Shown here: positions 59,254 to 64,000 of the stretch, one piece after another
How the letters are laid out: each line of letters starts with the position of its first letter
Numbering within the stretch: position 1 is the first letter of the stretch
DNA from: Blasia pusilla
Lineage: Eukaryota
Direction: 5' to 3'
Length of the DNA stretch: 64,000 bases
Assembly (NCBI GenBank): GCA_050084515.1
Contig: CM114271.1
Location: forward strand, 45,756,001 to 45,820,000
Made by a program: the position numbers and the translations under genes
Notes under the pieces: generated by a model
The model's input: only the letters and a program-made list of their open reading frames with translations
Told to the model about the DNA's origin: nothing
The model's database searches: none

Positions 59254-62048
59254 CTGCTGAATCAAGCCTTACAGAGCGAGCCAAACACCTGATCAACCAA
59301 ATCAAATCTTATGGAACAAACCGCACATTTGCTCACTTCCGGAGCCAGCCACGCACCAACACACACACATGGTCAATCAGCGGTTCTAGTTTGCCGAGTC
59401 CTCGATTCGGCCTCTCATCAAGTTCAAGCCTTCCTAGTTTCGCGGTTTACAATACGGACAAGTCTTGAAAGACTTGGGACGGACTTTTTGGTCGGTTCTT
59501 AAATCCATTCTCAGAGAAGCTCCTTTTGTTGGTAGGCGATCTCTCTCTGTTTCCACCAATATGCAGTCATAGGGCATCCAAACTTTGCATAGTTTGTCAC
59601 ATTTCATCTTCACATTTTTACACTAATATGACCAATTATAATCTATTTGCAGCAATAAGGCATAGTGGCGACCCTCTCTATTTAAGTTTTCTATCTCGAG
59701 TTAGAATTATAAGGCCAACCCAAAACGAAATAGACTTGAATTTCCGACAAGGATAAACTTCTCTACCCTCCGGTATGGCCCAAACCATAAATACCACAAG
59801 AGAATATTTCCTGACATCCTTGGCTATGCAATGATAGGCCATAAGAGCCAAGGCCTAGCAATCCAAGAAAGATGAAGTCGGCTTTCGCACCTAGTCTTAT
59901 CGACGTTATACTCTCAAGGGTTAAGAGTACAACCCAATTACTCATCTTTGGGTCCCTATGCCCATCAAATTTTGACGTATTCACTCAATCATGATTTTAT
60001 GTGCATTCACCTTATTGCTTGATTGTATGCAATGAATACTTTTTAATAGTATGGCAACTAGCGACAGATCAGCAAGGGGTAGTGGGAGAAAATTTGTTGC
60101 ATCAGCTTCACCAATTCGAGCTACAGATAAGCTACCAACTCTTGCAGTATCTCTGCGACACTCAAGAAATCTTCTAAGCGACAAAAAATTTCCCGACTAG
60201 CAATATCCGGTACCTACAACAAGGGCATTGCCCAATCAGGATGGACAAAATAATCAACAAGCTACTCATGTTTGTGCGTGGTAATATTATGCTCTTACAC
60301 ATTACAAAACCTTATTTTCTATCGTTGAATACAGTATTGACAGGTACCAAAGTCATACATAGACTTTGCCAAGATGATTTTGATTGATATGCCTAAGCTA
60401 CCTCATGAAAACCGTCCCCATATTATTCCGCCAACTGGTGGACAATTGAGGTATGTTAATAGCCTAGGCCTAGATTAGTCCTACTATGGAGGCGAAGTGT
60501 CCATCTAAAAAATAAGCCGGCTCATTGACGAAAGAAAAGGTTGGGCTGCGTCATTCAGAGTATTGAAGAAGCAACCACCTGCAACGGGTAATTTTTTTGC
60601 ACTTATTCTCTTGTATTTTGCATTTTAAATTTTGCTTCTATGTTAGTATTTGCATATGTTTAATAATTCCATATTGATATAGTCAGATATTCAGAAAGAG
60701 GTGATGGTGCATAAAGGAGTCCCTTTCAATGATTTAGAGTTAACGCGCCAGCAAGAAGCCGCTGATTTTACACGACTTATTGCTAGAATAAACCATGATC
60801 AATTTGAGAAGTTAAGGGTCATCAAGAAGCTTCCTATTAATACGCTAGTTGACTTGACATCCGCTAAGGCGTTTCAGCTTCTTTCTCGCCTTAAGAGTGC
60901 TTCCGAGGACGGGACTATATCTGAATTGCCTGATGTTGACCGACATAGTAGTGTAGAAGTTGTTAACAATCTTGCTATATCATTAAGCTCTGAAAGTAGA
61001 TATAGCTTTAGCCATTTTCATACAAACATCACATCTTATTACGGACCTCCACTCCCAGAGTCTCCCAACAAACGCAAATGTGCCTAAGTCACCACACTTC
61101 AAGTGCCTTAACAGACATGTTGGTGCAATGGAGAGGCAACTCATCACAACAACAGGCAAGCATTGTAGCTACATTAGTTGCATTACTAAAGTTTAGATAT
61201 GGTTCACTTACACACAAGTACTAGCACTATGATTTACATCACATAAGGTGGAAGATTTAACATTCATTCAACTATTTATATTTGGCTTTTACCTTTGCTA
61301 GTTTTGTACTTTTGTATTGAAACCTCACCCTGCATATAGGGACTCCCTTACACTTTATAGTGCAGCTTTTATTGCAACATATGAGGCATATATTGTGTTT
61401 CATACATACTTCACGCCTACCTATAATGTGCTTAGTAAACAATATGGTACATGTAACTTTATAGTTATATCTTGCAAAGTTTATAAAGCAATATCATTTT
61501 TTTGAATCATCAATTTACCATATTTTTCATCGTCTCAGCTTAAAGGCTCATATTCAGACTTATGTCTACATTTGTGTTCTCAAAATTTTTATATACATTC
61601 ATTATTCAATATTGCTTTTAGTTGTGCCACGTCGAAAACATTTTCTATTACTATATTCCTTGTTTGTATTGCATTGTGCAGAAAAGGAAGCATGTTGTAT
61701 ATTCAACAATTAGCGATTATTGAACACCCTAGAAGCATAACACCACTCTTTTTCACTGTTAGTTTACAGACTGAAAGAGGATCTAAATCTCAGACAGTCA
61801 ATCTTTTTAGATAAGGAAATGAACACCATGTTGGTCCAAGTCATCTACTAAGCATTCTAGTGCATATTTTGTACGCTGCTATACAAACTATCGAGTGCAC
61901 TCGAACACAACTTACTCAATCTGAAGCACGAGATAAAGCATTGCATGACGTCTTAGCATACATGGACCAAGATTTGCATGATGCAATTACTATAATTGCA
62001 AGGTTCAAGTTAATACTATTTTAGCATTATTGATAACTATCCAAATGA

Positions 62049-64000
62049 TATTGAAGATTGAGTTATAGTCGAGCTTATTGGAATGCTACATTTGGTAGTC
62101 CCACAAAGTAGGAAAGTTTAATCTTGGTTAGTTAGTTAAGCACGATTATATTAACTAGGGTTAGTTAATCACAATTAGTCTAACTTGAGACTGTTAGGAT
62201 TAGGATTATGATTGCTTGTACATACCCTATAAAATTGACAAGGGGACCGGCCTCCACTTATTCTCTCCTCCTAAAATTTTGTTCTCCATGGTGGTGTGTG
62301 AGTGTGAGAGTCGTATCCTACCAATTATGCTTCTTTAGTAATTTTTCTACATGATATTAGAGCGATATGAGAACATCAATTGAAATTCTGGATGTTTGAA
62401 GAGGGAACAAAGGAAAAAGAATGTACAATTCCAATTTAGAAGAAGGAATTTTCATTAAGAGCTCAATGGCAGAAGATTTCAAATAGAGTTTTGACCGTGA
62501 CAAAACTTTGGAGGTACTTTTAGAGTTTTCCCGATCAATTTACGTATCTGGTCCGCATTGGTCAAATCGACGTTGAAGGTTAGTTTTGACCTTCTTGTAG
62601 ATCTTATCAAGAACTTTCCAACGCATCCCAAATCGCTCAACTCTGACATCATGAGCTCTTGCAATAGCAATTTCAATGTAGGAAAGTACAATTAGCGAAG
62701 GAGAGTTGTGCAATTTGTTCTCTATAGGCCAATTCCGACTAGTGCTTCCATACATTTGATCAATTTTGGAAAATTTCAAGTCAATTTCTTATTAGGAGTG
62801 GTCTATGCTACAATTGGAACACTGTAGAACTCGAAATTATATATTTTTGAGTAAAATCATTTTTCATGGAGTATTCCTGAACAAGAATCATAGATGAGAA
62901 GCTAAATAAGCAGAATTATAATGTCTGGAAGTTTCATATGAAACAATTTATCATGGATCAAGAACTTCGAAAGCTTGCTACAAACGATGAGGCCATACCA
63001 AAAGGTGACCTAACAGACTTGAATGTTCGCGTTGGAACAAACGCGTAAGACAAGTAATCCACTCTATTTCAATAACGATCAGTTCGCCAATGATTGGTCA
63101 CATTCAAGATGTTGATACTCTGAAGGAGACCTGGGATGCATTGGAAAAGCTATTCCACATATCTACAAAGGCTAGAAAGCTTAAATTGAACAAAAAATTG
63201 AACGAAGTGAATAAAGGATCGCAAAGCATCAATTACTATGTTTTGAGGATAAAACATGTTGTTGATCAGATGAATAGCATTGGACTGACACTAGAAGATG
63301 ATGATTTGATTTTGTTCACTCTTCAAAGTCTTCAAAAGGATTACAAGTCTTTTGAGACCTCTATCTTTGTGAGAGAAAAATATCCAACCTTGTAAGAGTT
63401 AGTCCTAGTGTTAATTAGTGAAGAGATGCACCTAGTAGGTAGTGTAACTCATCTAATATGCAAGAGGGTGCACTATTTGCAAGTAATGGATCAAATAGAG
63501 GTAGAGATCGTGGTAGAAGCTTTCGTGGTCGTGGTGGATATCAAGTATTTGGAGAAACAGACACTCAATATAACTTCACTCAATCAACTACGACCCAATA
63601 TCAGATATAATCACAATGTGATGATGGTGGAAATTGTTGGGATCGAGGTGAGCAGTAGAGGATCCCTGGATCTTGCAATTACTATGGGATAAAAGATCAC
63701 TATGTAAAGTTTTGCTTCAAGAAGAAGGTAGATATGAGAATAAGAGTCTTACAAGAACAAAACTATGTGGAACAACAACACCAAGGGCAATATTAAAAAC
63801 AATAATATTTACAAACTCAGCATCTATTGGTCATGACTCGTCATATGGAAGCAATGATCAAGAAAGACTCGACAATAGATTGGTAGATCGATTCTGGTGC
63901 ATCAAATCATGTGATCTCATAAGCTAAATGATTCAGGAGTATGGAGCCGGTGAAAGATAATGCAATAGTGCTTATAGAAGATGATACTCAACATCATATC
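62049..64000 (+). mobile_element. Second member of the TA-LTR copia family (LTR 62049-62351, PBS 62352-62363, decayed gag-PR), runs off the window
   Basis: Colinear with 19906-21870; LTR starts TATTGAAGATTGAG and ends CTACA; PBS TGATATTAGAGC. Confidence 0.92.

Overview
Repeat-rich nuclear DNA from a land plant, probably non-seed (inference from the TE families and gene structures; species not determinable). 1-35 kb is a nest of decayed elements: Ty3/gypsy families (one with a chromodomain integrase, one with a PHD-finger integrase), Ty1/copia elements (one full-length with TA-starting LTRs, inside a ~330-350 bp tandem array), CACTA ends and a Helitron Rep remnant. 36.0-42.7 kb is a 15-exon malectin-like LRR receptor kinase pseudogene. 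50.8-54.7 kb is an intact 11-exon two-domain fibrillin (FBN10/PAP12-like). 55-58.6 kb holds apparently divergent non-coding snoRNA host genes with 3 C/D and 2 H/ACA snoRNAs. Most unusual: (1) five fragments of the PHD-gypsy family fit a split-direct-repeat layout A-[gag-pol]-X-A-X with an internal CA-AT-TG junction and no recognisable PBS, rather than two identical LTRs; (2) a second gypsy family inserted twice, in opposite orientations, at the same nucleotide of that element's leader, and its LTR carries an ORF with third-codon-position-biased divergence. All alignments and rRNA/tRNA matches were done by eye from memory.
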